DNA of 6,274 nt. Source: Prasinococcaceae sp. CCMP 1430 (taxonomy: Eukaryota > Plantae > Prasinodermophyta). Location of the stretch: the NCBI GenBank assembly GCA_013416795.1, contig RQSC01000023.1, positions 1 to 6,274 of the forward strand. The letters run 5' to 3'. Each line of letters opens with the position of its first letter. Positions within the stretch are counted from its first letter, which is position 1. Position numbers and translations under genes: made by a program. The notes beneath the pieces are model-generated. The model made no database searches, was not told the origin of the DNA, and saw nothing but the letters and a program-made list of their open reading frames with translations. Shown here piece after piece: positions 5,593 to 6,274 of the stretch.

Positions 5593-6184
5593 CTACAGCC
5601 CGCCGAAGTAGCCGGCCTTGCTGCGACTCTTCGCGATGTAGTGCTGGTGATACTCCTCCGCGTCGTACCATGGCATCGCCCTCGCGACCTTGAGCGTCAC
5701 CTTCCTGTCGGTGCTCTCGGCCACCTCACGCAGGCGCGCGTTCACGTGGGCCGTCTGCTCGGGGTTGGTCGTCCACACGGCGTTCATGTACTGCGGCTTG
5801 GTGGCGCGCTGGCCGTAGATGTTGGCCTCGCCGATGAAGCGGTCGAAGAGCTCGGCGTAGCTCACGACGCTCGGGTCGAAGGTCACCTGCGAGGAGGGAG
5901 GGGCGAAGGAGGGCCGTCAGCGCGGGGGGTCGGCCCGGGGCGCCGGCGCGGGGCGAGGGCGCGGGGCGAGGGCCGCCGACGGCCACGCGGCAGGCCGCAC
6001 TTGCCTTCATCGCCTCGGTGTGGCCGTCACCCGCGCACACCGTCTTGTACGTCGGCGACTCGGCCATGCCGCCCGTGTAGCCTACGCGCGTTTCCACCAC
6101 GCCAGGCAGCTCGTCCCACGCTGCCTGGGGGTGCCAGAATCACCCGAGGGCGAAGATCGCGTCCTCGGTGACCGCGGGCGCCAT
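5593..6184 (-). CDS. MSRA: Selenocysteine-containing peptide methionine sulfoxide reductase A. Exons 6184-6005 and 5886-5593; 157 aa with Sec15 (TGA at 6142-6140)
   Basis: Translation: MAPAVTEDAIFALG(U)FWHPQAAWDELPGVVETRVGYTGGMAESPTYKTVCAGDGHTEAMK|VTFDPSVVSYAELF...QYMNAVW...WYDAEEYHQHY...GGL*. It contains the MsrA motifs GCFW (here GUFW), VGYTGG, PTY, GHTEA, FDP and AEEYHQxY. TAG at 5595-5593. The frame stays open to the window edge upstream of ATG 6184. Confidence 0.93.
5887..6004 (-). other. GC-AG intron of MsrA (118 nt, phase 0)
   Basis: Donor AAG|GCAAGT at 6004, branch-like GCTGAC about 30 nt before the acceptor CTCGCAG|GTG at 5887. The join gives GHTEAMK-VTFDP exactly in frame. Confidence 0.85.
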
Positions 6185-6274
6185 GGCGTCGCCGCTGCTC
6201 TGCGCGGGGAGGGCGGTGGGGCGCGCCGGGCGCCTGCGCGCGCCTCCGCCCCCAGTCCGCCACGCGCCGCCCTG

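Noticed and set aside
5995-6000. GT donor (GTGCGG) at 6000 for the MsrA intron
   Set aside because: It is phase 1 and would frameshift against the phase-0 acceptor at 5887. The GC donor at 6004 restores GHTEAMK-VTFDP.
6140-6142. Treating MsrA as a pseudogene with a premature stop
   Set aside because: The stop falls exactly on the catalytic residue, all other motifs and splice sites are intact, and a SECIS is present.
1-6274. A functional gene cluster or operon, CRISPR array, or mobile element
   Set aside because: The genes have unrelated housekeeping roles and mixed orientation with introns. There are no repeat-spacer arrays, terminal inverted repeats or transposase/RT motifs.

Overview
Compact, very GC-rich eukaryotic DNA with spliceosomal introns, probably from a microalga (taxon is inference only). 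It carries four genes: (1) exosome core subunit RRP41 (- strand, one intron); (2) NADPH-dependent diflavin oxidoreductase NDOR1/Tah18/ATR3 (- strand, 5' end unresolved and FMN phosphate-binding loop not found); (3) an intronless TPR co-chaperone-like protein with a C-terminal 8-residue Pro-periodic amphipathic repeat (+ strand, head-to-head with NDOR1); (4) a methionine sulfoxide reductase A (- strand) that the ORF track splits into pieces. The MsrA is a selenoprotein: its catalytic GCFW motif is encoded GGG-TGA-TTC-TGG, a well-formed type II SECIS lies about 115 nt after the stop codon, a perfect 9-bp hairpin starts 12 nt 3' of the UGA (SRE-like), and the gene has a GC-AG intron. The other long ORFs in the track look like GC-rich shadow frames.
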